Shown piece after piece: positions 1 to 19,652 of a stretch of DNA of 64,000 nt. The DNA comes from the human T2T-CHM13v2.0 reference genome, Homo sapiens. The notes beneath the pieces were generated by a model. That model ran no database searches and was not told where the DNA came from. It was given only the letters and a program-made list of their open reading frames with translations. A program made the position numbers and the translations under genes. Position 1 is the stretch's first letter; the number at the start of each line of letters is the position of its first letter. The DNA lies in NCBI RefSeq assembly GCF_009914755.1, contig NC_060946.1, one strand, 5' to 3'.

Positions 1-516
1 TGCTTAAATTAGACAAATTTTATTTTTTTACCAGTCATTTGTGGAAATTTCATAAATACATTTCACACATCTGGGTAACTTCCTCATTCCAATTATATTC
101 CTTAGCTCAACGTGAAGCCTTTGCATGACTCAAACTCCTTTGAAATGGACAGAAATGCATCATTACTCTTTGGAAACTTTAGTAGTCCCTAGGACTTGTA
201 CAGAAACGAGCAAATTCTGGATCTGTTTCAGTCACAACGCTAAAGAGTGAAATAAAACAGTGAGGAATTCTGGTGGGGCTTGAACAAAAGAAGTCTGAAA
301 TTTCTAAACACTATACTTGGATTCAATAGTTGAATTTTTATGCTGTGCACATTGTACATTTTGTAAATATGTCTTTAATATGATTTACTGAAACACAGCC
401 TAACAACTGCAGAGGATACAGGGGACTGGACATACTGAGCAAGTGCTGTGCTTTTTCTCATTTGTTAATTTTAGTATGTGCTATTATGTGTACATTTATG
501 AGAAATCTCAAATCAC

Positions 517-806
<290 letters not shown>

Positions 807-1089
807 TCTCAAAACACTTTTATAAAGGGTTGATGCTGCCTAAAAAATACAAACACAAGATACACACAAACACACACACGCACTTCTATAGACAGTCTTA
901 ATGTGAATGCCAGGAGAAATAAAATGATCCAACACAAAATATGTTTCATGTTTTGCACACATTAGATGCCCAATAATCATTATCAATCACAGAAAAACTG
1001 AAGATACCAGTTGAATATTTGAGAATTGAAGGATTTCTCTGTGTGGTAAAATGAGGCATATGTTATTTCTCGTGTCTTTTCATCCCAGG

Positions 1090-1623
1090 TGTATTAGCGT
1101 TCTCCAGAGGGACAGGACTAATAAGATAGATGTGTATATGAAGGGGACTTTATTAAGGGGCATTGACTAACACCATCATAAGGTGAAGTTCCACAATAGG
1201 CCATCTGCTTGGCTGAGGAGCAAGGAAGCCAGTTCAAGTCCCGGAACCTCAAAAGTAGGGAATTCGACAGTGCAGCCTTCAATCTGTAGCCAAAGGCCTG
1301 AGAGCCCCTGGCAAACCACTGCTGTAGGTGTAAGAGTCCAAAAGCTGAAGAACTTGGAGTCTGATGTTCCAGGGCAGGAAGCATCCAGCATGGGAGAAAG
1401 ATGAAGGCCGGAAGATTCAGCCAGTCTAGTCCTTCCATGTTCCTCTGCCTGCTTTTATCGTAGCCGCGCTGGCAGCTGAGTAGATGGTGCCCACTCACAT
1501 TGAGGGTGGGTCTGCCTCTCCCAGTCCACTGACTCAAATGTTAATCTAACACCCCCACAGACACACCCAGGAACAACACTTTCCATCCTTCAATCAAGTT
1601 GATGCTCAGTATTAGCCATCAGA
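1090..1623 (-). mobile_element. MLT2A2-type LTR (HERV-L 3' LTR)
   Basis: TGTATTAG..TTCTCCAGAGGGACAG..GAAGAACTTGGAGTCTGATGTT..GGAAGCATCCAGCA..CTCAGTATTAGCCATC; includes the GCAGCCTTCA..GAGCCCCTGGCAAACCAC block that distinguishes MLT2A2 from MLT2A1. Confidence 0.9.
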
Positions 1624-2142
1624 AGTCCACCCCTTGTCACCTTGAACCCATACACAGCTCCTGAAATCATACATAATCTTCAAATAAAGACAATAATAAA
1701 TTCATAATTACAGCTAACATTATACAGCTATCCTTTGTACAACGGAAACATACTAATTCTTAACCTAAGTGCTATTACATAAAGTTAACGACACTTAAAT
1801 GCTGATATGAAGTCAGTAAATCTTATGTGATAAAGGAAAAAATAAAAACATATTTTCTTAGTATAAGTGTATACACGAACAAATACGTTCTTAAAATAAG
1901 GAAGAAATACTCATGATAATTACAGTTGTCGTTTCTGCAGCTGGTCATGTGGTATTAATGACTGCTTTTTTCTACTACCCATTCTGTATTCCCTTTGCCT
2001 TCAGCAAGCACTTCAGCAGGTCGTGTTTTTTTTTCTTTTAACCTGGTGGAGTGATGCAAACCTTCATTGCTTCTGCGCCATTTGCCATCCTGCCTGGATT
2101 GGGTTGTTGTAGTTTCCTGTTGACCTTAATCACAGGGCATGG
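1624..2142 (-). mobile_element. HERV-L internal 3' end, 5'-truncated
   Basis: AAGTCCACCCCTTGTC (reverse complement of the polypurine tract) abuts the LTR; ERV-L-like text continues to TTGACCTTAATCACAGGGCATGG and then stops. Confidence 0.85.
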
Positions 2143-2520
2143 GGAAGGGAAGGAAGCATTTTCTTAGATACCTGGAGGAGACAGCAGGCGTTGTAAGATT
2201 AAAACTGTGATATTGGGACTGTCTCACCATCATCATCTTTGCTTCTCTATGGGAACAAGCCCAATTCTTTGACTCCTCCTTTTGCTGGGGACAGGGACTC
2301 CGACAGCACTGGGGTAGCATGGTACAGCTCACGAGCAGGGAAAAACACACCTGTTTCTCCAGTGTGTCATGAGACTAGAGGAGGCTTCCTGTGAGCTGCT
2401 TTGGTCACGTGTCTAGGAGGAATATGGTGTTATGACGGCCAGCATGGGTCCCCTGCATGCTTCTATGGACCATTGAGTAGGGAGGTGACACAGTGAAATT
2501 CACAGTCCTGGCAGAGGCAC

Positions 2521-3395
<875 letters not shown>

Positions 3396-3635
3396 GCACC
3401 AAAGCAGAGAATCAGGGGCAGGAGGCTTTTCGGCAAATCAAACCACAGATATCCCCTTCCCTAGCACCTCTGCAGGCCGCAGCAGCTGCTCTGTGGAGAG
3501 AAGTGAGTTGAGCACTGAGGATCTGCAGGTAAGGAGCTGAAGACACTTCCCTGCCATTCGGGGTTTTGCGTCCTATAAGAAGAGATAGACATAAAGAGTT
3601 AAACAGTGGGTTTGAGGCTATTTTGTTTGTTTGCT

Positions 3636-3898
3636 TTTTTGAGACAGAGTCTTACTCTGTCGCCCAGGCTGGAGTGCAGTTGTGTGATCTTGGCTCACTG
3701 CAACCTCTGCCTCCCGGATTCAAGTGATTCAGGCACGACCCACCATGCCTGGCTAAATTTTTTTTTTTTTGTATCTTTAGTAGAGACAGAGTTTCACCAT
3801 GTTGGCTAGGCTGGTCTAGAACTCCTGTCTTCACGTGACCCGCCTGCCTCGGCCTCCCGAAGTGCTGGGATTATAGTCTTGAGACAATATGTCGGCCC
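3636..3898 (-). mobile_element. Alu with a ~30-bp internal deletion
   Basis: Alu dimer text; the TCCTGCCTCAGCC..GGGATTAC segment is missing at about 3730. Confidence 0.9.
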
Positions 3899-4039
3899 AA
3901 AGGCTATTTTAAAAGACTCCATGAGCAAAAAGAAGCAAGGAAGAGAAACCGGGTGAGCTGGGAGGTTTGCTCAAAGAGCAATGTGACTCCTTGGCACCTG
4001 CAGGGTGAATGGAGGTTTGAGAGGTGAAGAAAATAGGTA

Positions 4040-4410
4040 CATTGTTCAGGGTGGGGATGCTGTGCTGTGGTGACAAGTAATAAACTCTTAGATGCTTGGC
4101 ACAAAAAAGAATGGATCCGCTTATATCATACCTCTAAGTAGTTTGTGGGTAAAGGCAGTGGACAGTCCTCTATGCAGCTATTCAGGGACTGGGGCTCCTT
4201 CTGTCCTCCTGGGATGGAGCTAGTCTCAACACACAGCCTCCAGGGTTGCCATGGAAGGGGCAGAGGGAGGAGGATGGACGTGGCGCTTTGTTGTAAGGCA
4301 GGCCATGAAAGACTCATATTATTTCTGTCCTGTTGGTCAAAGGGGATCACAAGGCCCCACTTGGATGCCCTGAGTGTGAAATGTGTTCTTCCTGTGGACC
4401 CAGTGGCGGG
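4040..4410 (-). mobile_element. Very old MLT1(K/L)-like LTR remnant
   Basis: degenerate MaLR motifs (ATTCAGGGAC..GGCTCCTTC; TTGGTCAAAG..CACAAGGCC). Confidence 0.35.
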
Positions 4411-4464
4411 GACGGTAGAATTTAGACATGTGCTGAGCACTTGGCATTAGGTCTGAAAAAGTCA

Positions 4465-4830
4465 GGAAGAGCATTTCAAGCATAGGAACAAATGAGGCAA
4501 AGACTCAGAGGCACAAAAGAGCCAGATGTGTAGGTGGAACCCTGCTGTGCTGATGTGGCAGATGGTAATTGTTGAATGAGAAAAAAGGAAGACGGACTGG
4601 AGGAGGAGGAGGGTGCAGGAAGGTAACAGACCCTGCGGGCTTTTCCTCTAGGCAGTAAGTAGTTGGCAACGGAAGTGTTGGAGCAGAGGAAGGAGTGGCT
4701 TGTTTTGATCTAAGGATGAGAATTCTGGCGGCAAGGTATGAAGGAGAAGGTTGGAAGTGGCGAGCTTTTTAGGAGCCTAACACAGAAGTTCTTGTAAAGG
4801 AAAAGGGTGTCTGGATTTGGGGTATAAATC
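4465..4830 (-). mobile_element. L2 fragment
   Basis: purine-rich L2-like text (GAGCATTTCAAGC..GCAAAGACTCAGAGG; GTTGGAGCAGAGGA; TCTGGATTT). Confidence 0.5.
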
Positions 4831-5109
4831 CAGGGACCATGGGGTGAACATGAGCAGATGGCTGTGAAAACTTTCAGTTCGGGAGACAAATTGGATGCTG
4901 GAATGTTCCAGGAAAGGGTCACTGTGGAGTTACAGAAGAATGGATAAAATAATGTGCCCTAGTCCTTCATCCCCAAGAAGTACCAAGAAAAAAAAATAGC
5001 AGGAAGATACTCAGAGGTGATGCTGATTAGCGGCTATAGCCATTGACCCAAGATGAAAGGACAAGTTTGATCTTCTCAGGTTGCTGGTATCTTGGCGCTC
5101 CTGCATCCG

Positions 5110-6000
5110 CTTCTAACTCTCGGAGATAGTTCATCATTTCCCACGGCTTAAATTACAGTCTTCATACTGCCGACTCCTGAATGTCTGTGTTTGGCTCAGG
5201 TCTCTCCCATGAGCTCCAAACAGGTGTTTGCAGCTGCCTAGTAGAAAATTCCACTTGGATGCCTCCCAAGTAGCATCAACTCAATCTGTCACAAACTTAT
5301 CTCAGAGACTTTCCTTTTAAACCCAGGCTCACCTTCCTGGAGAAATATCCCCCCCGCTTCCCAGTTGCTTATGCCAAAAACTGGAGAGCGTTTTTCATAC
5401 GAACCTCCCCTTAAAGCTCATATTCAATTACTCAACACGATCAATATTTCCTTCCCAAATCTTTTCTTCCACGGTTCTTCTCTCCATCACCACTGCCAAC
5501 ACCTTACTCTAAGCCACCCTGACTCCTCACTGCAGCAACCAACTCTCGGGCCACTTCACCTCTGGGTCTCCTTAAGGTATTTTCTATAATACAGCCAGGA
5601 AGATCTTTTTAAAAATGGAATTCAACAATTCAAATCATGCTATTCTTGTCTTATAATCCCTTAAGAGCTTCCCTTTATTCCTCAGTTAAATCTCAGATTT
5701 GTAGCCTGCCCTGGAATGTCCTGTCTGACCTGGCCACGCTAAATTTTCCTCCATTTCGCTCCATGATTTCCTCTGGATGCGGCGCCAGCAATTAGCTGAC
5801 CTTCCTTCCTTTCCCAAATGGGCCAGGTCCTTCCAGCCTTATATCCCTCGCATAGGCCAGTTCAACCGATGGCTTGGAACACTCTTCACCTCCCACCCAG
5901 GGCTCCCTGGCAGCGTCGCCACCTTCAGAGGGCTGTCTCTGACTGTCCAGACCAAGACAACACCTGGAATGCTCTTCCTTCCTTAGCATGTCCTACTTAA
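5110..6000 (+). mobile_element. L2 fragment
   Basis: CCCACGGCTTAAATTAC..GAGCTCCA..CCACTTGGATG..; CAGCCAGG..ATCTTTTTAAAA; CCTGGAATGCTCTTCC. Confidence 0.65.
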
Positions 6001-6334
6001 GGACAACTGCAATTAAAAGTACAGGTCAAAGTTGTGAGGGAAGTCTTTCTGTTGAGGGTCAATGCAGTAAGGACAGGGATTAGAAATAAGTTTTGCTGTC
6101 ATTAAACTCTCTATTTGAAAACTATGATTGCACATAAACGTGTTTAGTAAATGTTTGCATTTTATATTTTCGGACTTAAAGCAGGACTATATAGAGGTAT
6201 CATCTTGGTTAGAAAATTGGTTCCATGAACTTCCCAGTATACCCAAGACCGTATTTCAAAATTGGAATCTTCAGCACATCATGAGTTTTCAGCCTTTGGG
6301 GCTCAAGGGAGGCAGCAGAGCCAGGGCATGAGAA

Positions 6335-6540
6335 CCTGGAGTCAGGCCAGATGGCCTCATTCCAAATCCCTGCTCTGCCAACTGTGTGACCTGAAGAAAA
6401 TGTCTTAACCTCTCTGTGCCTCATTTATTTTGTATGTAAATTGGGGGAATAATAGTATTTATACCATAGGTTGGCTGCAAGAAGGAAATAAAATAATTGA
6501 TGTAAAATATTTAGAACTGTACTTGACATATACTAATTGG
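6335..6540 (+). mobile_element. MIR
   Basis: TGGAGTCAG..AAATCCCTGCTCTGCCA..TGTGTGACCT..AACCTCTCTGTGCCTCA..TGTAAA core. Confidence 0.8.
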
Positions 6541-6649
6541 TTATTCTGCGTTGTTAGTGTTGTAATAACGATTAGAACTAGTAATCTTCTATTATTGTAA
6601 TCCTCATTTTGGCTATGTTATTTAACACCATATATATGTCATCAAGATA

Positions 6650-9200
<2,551 letters not shown>

Positions 9201-9229
9201 AATACATTGACTCCACCTAAAGTGTACAC

Positions 9230-11330
<2,101 letters not shown>

Positions 11331-12058
11331 TTCGTAAGTATGTTTACATAAATGTGCAAGTATTCATTAAAGGGCATATTTTGATCATGACTTTTCTGTA
11401 TGCTGTACATAAAAAACTTTGCCTAAAACCAAAAAGAAAAGGATACTGCAGTAGATTGTCTTACTATTTAACAATATGCATCCTAACGTTCTCACCTCTC
11501 TGGGAGGAATTTACTTTATCGATATATTCATGGTGGATTTGGCCATATGATTTCCTTTGGCAAGTGGAATGTGAGAAAACATGACAATATGCCAGCTCCA
11601 AACAGTGGCTTTATAATGTAATTCAAGCTCATTCCACATCTCTTGAGCTCCTCTCTCTACCATGAGAGCAGCAATATACAGGTTAAACCTTCCGTCTGCA
11701 CCCTGGACTCTAGGGAAGACCTGAAACTGACACCAACCTAGAGATGATCAGTCAGAGCATATGCACAGGCCCAAGAGTGAAAAATGATTATAGTTTTAAG
11801 TCATTGAGCTTTTGCAATTGTTCATTATGAAGTATTGTTGAAGAAAAAGCTGACTGATACAGAATTTAGAATAAAGAAGTGGAGTGCTCTTGTAACAGAA
11901 ACCTAAAATACACTGTTTCTTGGTATTGTTTTGCAGACAGGGCAGCAGGTAGCATGGGAACCATAAAATGAATCTGAAAAATTACAACCTATATTGTGCA
12001 GTAGTAAAATATTTGGCAAAGTACTAGCCTGTAGTAATTTATAAGGAAAAAAAAATGA

Positions 12059-12410
<352 letters not shown>

Positions 12411-12904
12411 TCAGGACCGACCATACTAGTGCCAGTTAAGCATTATTAGTTGCATTTCACAGGGCTCTACTAGGAAGTCATAAGTTAAGAAAACAACTGG
12501 CCATTTTACAAGCAGAAAAGAAAGAGAATAGAGAAATCTGAGATGTTCTTGGACTTGGCAAGTTTAGAGAATGGGTTTGTTTCTAAACACATCAGGAGTG
12601 GTCAGTCATTAAGGCCACGAATCTCCTATCTTGTTAAGATACTTGATTGGGTAAAAGTGGTTCCTGGTGAGTCCTTTCAGTTAGAATAAATGTCTCAAGA
12701 GTGTGGTTCCTGAGATGCCAGATAAGTTCAAAGTACCTCCTGTAAGATTTGAGGTGTAAAATGACCTTTGAGACCCACATTTCTAAAGGCAGAAAGGAGG
12801 AGAATGCTGTTTAGCCAACCCCAGGGCATAGTTTCCAAAGCCTTCTTCAGGGATAGTTTTCAAACGCCTTCTTCAGACATGGCCTAGAAAGATAAGGATA
12901 ACAG

Positions 12905-13295
<391 letters not shown>

Positions 13296-14039
13296 TCAGC
13301 CTAACCCACCAACATTCTTTACCTGACAATAGGGAACTGTGGAACACCAGCCACCTGGATTTCGGAATTGCTATGGGCCAGTGACTGCAGGGTCCTCCCT
13401 ATTCTTCCCCATTCCAATAGAAATGTTCAAGGCAGTTGTCCTGCTCTATGCCACCATTATTTTTCAGCTCTGTGAGAGGAACATATCTTTGAAAAAAATT
13501 CCTAGGTCTCCAGACCAAGAGAAGTCCCACTGAGACCTGATGAAAAAATTGTAACATTTGAGCTTTCAATTGCCGCACCTGGATTGGATGATTCTTTTGA
13601 AGTGTTAGGGAGAAAGGAAAATGCATACTTGTGACTGTTCAGAAAATATGCACTCTCTTTTCCCAGCACTCTGCTCCACTCCCCTGCCCCAGAAGGGTGT
13701 ACTTTCCTGCATCATTGATATTGGACTTGGTAATTTGATTTATTTTGGCCAGTAGAATGTGGGGAAATATGACAGCATGGCAGTTCCAAAACAAGGTTCT
13801 AAGAGACTTTACAAGTCTCCAGTATATATTTTGTATTCTACCATACACCGCAAGAATATCACAGCACAGACCGTGTCTGATTCTTCAGCTTGAGTCCTAG
13901 AATCAAAAGCCACGTGGAGCTTGCCTGAACTTCACCTCTGCCTGGAGCTGAGAAGTTCATGTGAAATAAATGTTTGTTGTTTCAAGCTACTGAGATTCAG
14001 GAGGGTCAGTTGTTAAGCAACATTACTGCAAGAAAATCG

Positions 14040-14680
14040 GAGTAGTTCTTCCTTATCTATGGGAATATGTTGCAAGACTCCCAGTGGATGCCTGAAACTG
14101 CAGATAATACAGACTCTACATATACTATGTTTTTTTCCTATACATGTATGCTTATGATAAAGTTTAATTTATAGATTAGGCACAATAAGAAATTAACAAT
14201 AAAATAGATCAGTTATAGTGATCTACTGTAATGAAAGTTGTATGAATGTGGTCTCTCTCGAAATCTCTTACTGTACTACACCCTCTTTTTCTTGTGATGA
14301 GGTGAGATATAAAATGCCTGTGTGGTTAGAGAAAGCGAGTGAATGATGAAGGCATTGTGACACCGTGTTAGGCTACTGTTGACCTTCTGATGTCGGGAGG
14401 ATCATCTGCTTCAGGTGATCCTGGATCATTGAGCCGAGACAATATCCATGGTTGGATGGTAGCAGCAGACAATGTCAATGACTGACTGGTGGGTAGCATG
14501 AACAAGCTGGACAGAGGGGTAATTCACGTCCCAGGAGGCATAAAGTGGGACAGTGCGAGATTCCACCACGCTACTCAGAACAGTGCACAATTTAAAACTT
14601 ACGAAGTGTTTATTTCTGAAATTTTCCATGTGATATTTTTGGGCCATGGTAACTGAACTGTGGATAAGGGGTGACTGCAA
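14040..14680 (-). mobile_element. MER44 (Tigger7-derived non-autonomous DNA transposon; longer C/D-type)
   Basis: degenerate TIRs AGTAGTTCTTCCTTATC / GGATAAGGGGTGACTG; internal CCCAGTGGATGCCTGAAAC and TATGATAAAGTTTAATTTATA..TTAGGCACA. Confidence 0.85.
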
Positions 14681-15809
14681 TAGTACAGGTAAACAACAAA
14701 TGGTGCTGATGAGAATAGCTAGTCGAAAGAAATAATCCTGGCTCAACACTGTGCAGCAAAACATACACACGTGTTAAAAATGGAGCATGTTTAAAGCAAA
14801 CAGAAATGCGAGTAAAATATGGATGCAAATAACCAGCTGATATCAGAGTATAAAAGGCATTTGAAAGGAATAAATTATTTCAAGAAATCAAGGAGAAAAT
14901 TAAAATAGGTTAGCCTCAAAATATTTAACCTTCTGAATAATTGAAAAATATTAATGAAATTAAAATTCACAAATCATGGAAATGTTTCTGAAATAAGTAT
15001 CATCTAACCCATGCTTTAGGGAACATGAGAACGGAAGAGGTAAAATCACTTTCAGGTCTGTATGCAGAGGGTAGGTAGAACCTAAAACTGAGGTCCATGC
15101 TCTGTCAGCAGACATCAGGATAATTATTAATAGAAGCAAAACACCTAGTACCTAGAGACTAGTCCTCATCCCTGTGGCTCACGACAAAGGTTCCTTTAGG
15201 TTCCTGATGTACTAGGCACTCAACTGTCTTTTTGACAGGGAACCAGAGTTATCATATATTAAATTCCACATATGCAATTGACTGCCCAGCACAAATTACA
15301 CCTTTCAGAAATGTCATTCTGTTGAATAGTGAAAAGCTATTCCCAGGGTGGAAAACATTGAGATTTGTTATTACAGACAGGGATTGGAAAACAAAATATT
15401 GTGAAATTAAGTGTGTCAGATTGTTTAAGCACAACAAAGATGATACCAGAAATCTCATTCATTGTCATTCAAATCTCCATTTTCAATGGAGTCTAGAGAA
15501 GAGCAAATAGCTAGGTACAAACTCCAGTTACCCCAGACTGAACTAAATAACATATCCTGAACAATGAGCCCATGGGAGGTATTTGTGAAATACTTGAGAA
15601 CCTTTCTTATTGTGTTTGGTAACTTTGAAAAGCAGATGATACAGCAAGCACCACTTTACTTTCTCTACATTAACTTAGAGATTTTCTCCCATGGGCTTGA
15701 AGAATGAGACCCTCTGTGCAATCTGGCCAGGGCCCTGGAAATTAGCATCTACTGTAGATGACCCATGGGCCAAGGCACGTGGGAGCCCATAGGATGGAGG
15801 GAAATGAGA

Positions 15810-16646
15810 AGGTGAGGCAGAGATTCTGCCTCCTGGTGTTCATGCCGTTGTATAATCCCTTCCTCTTCAATGAGGCAAATACAATGTACCAGCAAATAGA
15901 ATATGGCAAAAGCCATGGAGTGTCCCTCCCACCATTCTAACATGGGTATGCAAATCTCCGTCTTATCCTTAGACCACACGCTTTCTTTGCTGGCTAGATG
16001 ACCTTAGCAACCTTACCGGGGAAACCCATGTGGCAAGGAGCTGCAGGTGGTTTCTAGGAGCTGCAGGTGGTCTCTAGGAGCTGCAGGTGGTCTCTATAGG
16101 AGCTGCAGGTGGTCTCTAGGAGCTGTGGGTATTCTTGAGGAGCTGCAGGTGGTTTCTAGGAGCTGCAGGTGGTCTCTAGGAGCTGTGGGTATCCTTGAGA
16201 AGCTGTAGGTGGTCTTTAGGAGCTGCAGGTGGTTTCTAGCAGCTGCGGTGGCCTCTGGGAGCTGTGGGTGGCTCCAGGAGCTGCAGGTGGTCTCTAGGAG
16301 CTGCTTGGGGGCCTCCAGGAGTTGCGGGGGGCCTCCAGGAGTTGCAGGTGGCCTCCAGCTTACAGCAAGCAAGAAGTCAGACTGCAGTCCTACAGTCACA
16401 AGAAACGGATCCTGCCAGTGTTCTGAGGGAGGTTGAAAGCAGATTCTTCACTATCCCGGCCTCCAGGTAAGCCCCAGCTCTGACTGATACATTGGTTGGT
16501 TGCAGAGTTATGAGACCCTAAGCAGTCATGGCCCAGTTCAGCCACTCCCGGACTCCTGACCCAGGGAACCTGTCAGATGGTGAGTGTGTGCTGTTGAACC
16601 CATCAAGGTCGTGGTGGTGACGATGTAGCAGCAGATGGTTAATACA
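15810..16646 (+). mobile_element. MLT1E-like LTR carrying an expanded minisatellite
   Basis: CCTGGTGTTCATGCC..TATAATCCC; CATGTGGCAAGGA; CAGCAAGCAAGAA..CAGTCCTACA; ends TAATACA. Confidence 0.8.
16036..16357. repeat. 20-bp minisatellite (AGGAGCTGCAGGTGGTCTCT), about 16 copies
   Basis: directly visible tandem array with variant units such as AGGAGCTGTGGGTATTCTTG. Confidence 0.95.
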
Positions 16647-16699
16647 AAAGGGAAGAGAAGCAGGAGACCCGGCAAGAAAGGAAAGGGTGGGGCAGGGCA

Positions 16700-17250
16700 G
16701 ACCAATCTCCTTTTTTGCATTAAAATTAAAAGGCCTGTGACTTAATTTTACTGTGAGTGAGATGAGGATTTTGAGCAGAGGAGTGACACGATCTGATCTC
16801 TATGTATTAAGAAACACTGTGGCTCTGTGACAGGGACCTGGCTGAGTTACTGGGGAAAGAAATGCTGGGATTCTGGATCTACTGTGAAGGGAGGGTGAAG
16901 GGTATTTGGATGATGCCTTGGTTGTGGGATGTGAATAATAGGAAAGTTGCAGTTGACTCCAGGTTTTTCAGTGTGAGCCACTGGATGAATGGATGGGTTG
17001 CCTTCTACTGCTGTGGTGAGGCGGTTTTGAGGGATGGGAGCTGACAGCCCTATGTGGGGCATAAATGGCCATCCCAGTGGAGATGACAGCCAGGCAGACC
17101 CACTGTCAGGACTCTGCAGTTCCAAGGGGAGGTCTGGGCTGCAGACGCTCTGGGGTTCCCGAAGTAGAAACGTCGCATAAAGGCAAGGTACAGTCAGTAC
17201 TTGGGGAAGTGTAGCTATGAGCATGCAAGTTGATCCTGAGCTCCTTGGAG
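16700..17250 (-). mobile_element. L2 fragment
   Basis: GAGGATTTTGAGCAGAGGAGTGACACGATCTGA; GATTCTGGAT; GACTCCAGGTTTTT; CATCCCAGTGGAGATG. Confidence 0.7.
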
Positions 17251-18612
17251 GACGGTGGAACATGCTGACACCACAAACAGAGTTGAAAAATAGGGGTCTC
17301 ATGTGCATCCCTTTTGTCCTGCTTGGTTTCGGTGTGGGTGGAAGTGTGCTCTCCATGGACCGCAATCCTTGAAAATTCTGGCTTCAGTTTTGCTCACCAG
17401 ATATCACCCCTCTCCTCACCATGCCTGTCTTCCCAGGAGCACTATTTCAGTGAGAAGCTGGGAGCTCAGAAGCTGAGCGGGGGATGTATCACTCTTAGGT
17501 GAAAGAAGGGGGAAGAAAAACCAGAAAAGGTCCTCTTTGCCCCAAGTGCTTTGCATGCATTAAATCTAAGGAGACAGGTGTCTTTAAATCTGGATTCTTA
17601 AATCAATCACTTGCTGCCAACATGCTTCCGTGTTCAAAGTCAGTTACCATGCGATGCTTCTGAAAATAGACCTGTGCTGACCAATCATGACTCTTATATA
17701 AGATTTAGTACTGACTTAAGCCTGCACCAGCCAGGAATGTGATGTGACAAGCTGGATGGGAGCAACTCCTGGTGATGGATTTCCAGCCAAATGAGAGGTG
17801 ACTCTCTGGGTACACGGAGAGCACACCTCAGCAGGCAGGGCCTGGCTCTGGGGAGAGTTGGTGGCATGGATGCACAGAGCTTCATGGGGCTCTCATGAGT
17901 CCTCCTGAGCAGGCACCAGGAAGCCTGTTAGTCGCCTCACAGCTTCGATGTGGGCTGTGGCCAGTCAGAAGCAAGGCCAGCAGCAATGAACCAGGAGAGA
18001 GCAGAAAGCCCCTACCGGAGTCCAGCTTGGTGGGTCCATTGGCCCCAACAAATGGCTCTCCCCAGCCACATCCTGTCCAGGACTATGCCAGGGTCGTAGG
18101 TTGATTCCCTCCTTCAGGGCCATGGGAACATGGACAGGATCAGGAAGGAAGTTAGTCCCATGCTCCTTGCTGACCAGAGGAAGAGACATAGAACATTCTC
18201 CAACCCAAATGTGGGAGGAAGCCTGAGTGGGGCACCCTCACAGCCTCTGCAGGTAGCACCTTGGCCAACCTCCTTCTGCAGAGACTTCCCTGTCCTTGTG
18301 CCAGGCTTGACACTGACCAAGGCAGGTGGGGCAGAACCACCCCAGGCCATGCTGCAAAATTCTACACCAAACGTCCCAGTCCTGTTGGGTCAGCCAGCCC
18401 TGAGTTCTTAGCCCCGACCACTGCACCTCCCCCGCAGTGCCCCTCAGGTCCTCTGCCAGCAGGTGCCAGCAGGATGTCTCAAGTGCAGCTCAGATCACTG
18501 TGCTCTGCCTAATATCCCCACTTCTCCTGTGTTGGGTCCTGAATGCCTTGCCTTCTCCTTGGGCAGAACACTGATCCATTCCTGCTCACCTTGGAGGCCT
18601 CAACATGCACAG

Positions 18613-18764
18613 CTTCAACTTCAACATCTTCATTTTCATCTTCTTCTTCTTCATCTTTATCTTCATCTTCATTTTCATCTTTATTTTCATCTTCTTCATC
18701 TTCATCTTAATCATCTTCTTCTTCTTCATCTTCATCTTCATTTTCATCACCGTCATCATCTTCA
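18613..18764. repeat. Compound (TTC/ATC)n triplet low-complexity tract
   Basis: strict 3-nt periodicity of TTC/ATC/ATT triplets. Confidence 0.95.
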
Positions 18765-18789
18765 TGGTCCACATCCAGCCACCTGGTTT

Positions 18790-19356
<567 letters not shown>

Positions 19357-19399
19357 TCAGCCCCCCTCTCTGCTGTATGTGGCTGCCTCTTTATTTGTA

Positions 19400-19652
19400 C
19401 TTTAGTACTTGGCTTAGAGAAATCCTCCTGCAGGGAGGCTTCTCTGATTTCATGAGACTGAGGTGGGCTTCTCCCATGGCCTCCCACAGCCTTTGCGCCT
19501 CTCTCTTGTGCAGTCCAGGTGACATGGTGTCGTGATTGTTCACTAATGGATCAGTCTTCTCACCACAGGGGGCTGGAGGGCAGGGGCCATTACTTTTAAG
19601 ACTGTGCAACACGCTGATCAGTCACAAAATGCATGTTTGTTGAATGAATGAA
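19400..19652 (+). mobile_element. L2 3' end
   Basis: ends ATGTTTGTTGAATGAATGAA. Confidence 0.55.

Noticed and set aside
16036-16357. CRISPR-like appearance of regular short repeats (also 63411-63659)
   Set aside because: Head-to-tail tandem units with no unique spacers, eukaryotic context and no cas genes.
17640-17690. MHC-II-type X-box/Y-box module
   Set aside because: Order and orientation of the RFX and CCAAT motifs are wrong for an S-X-Y module.
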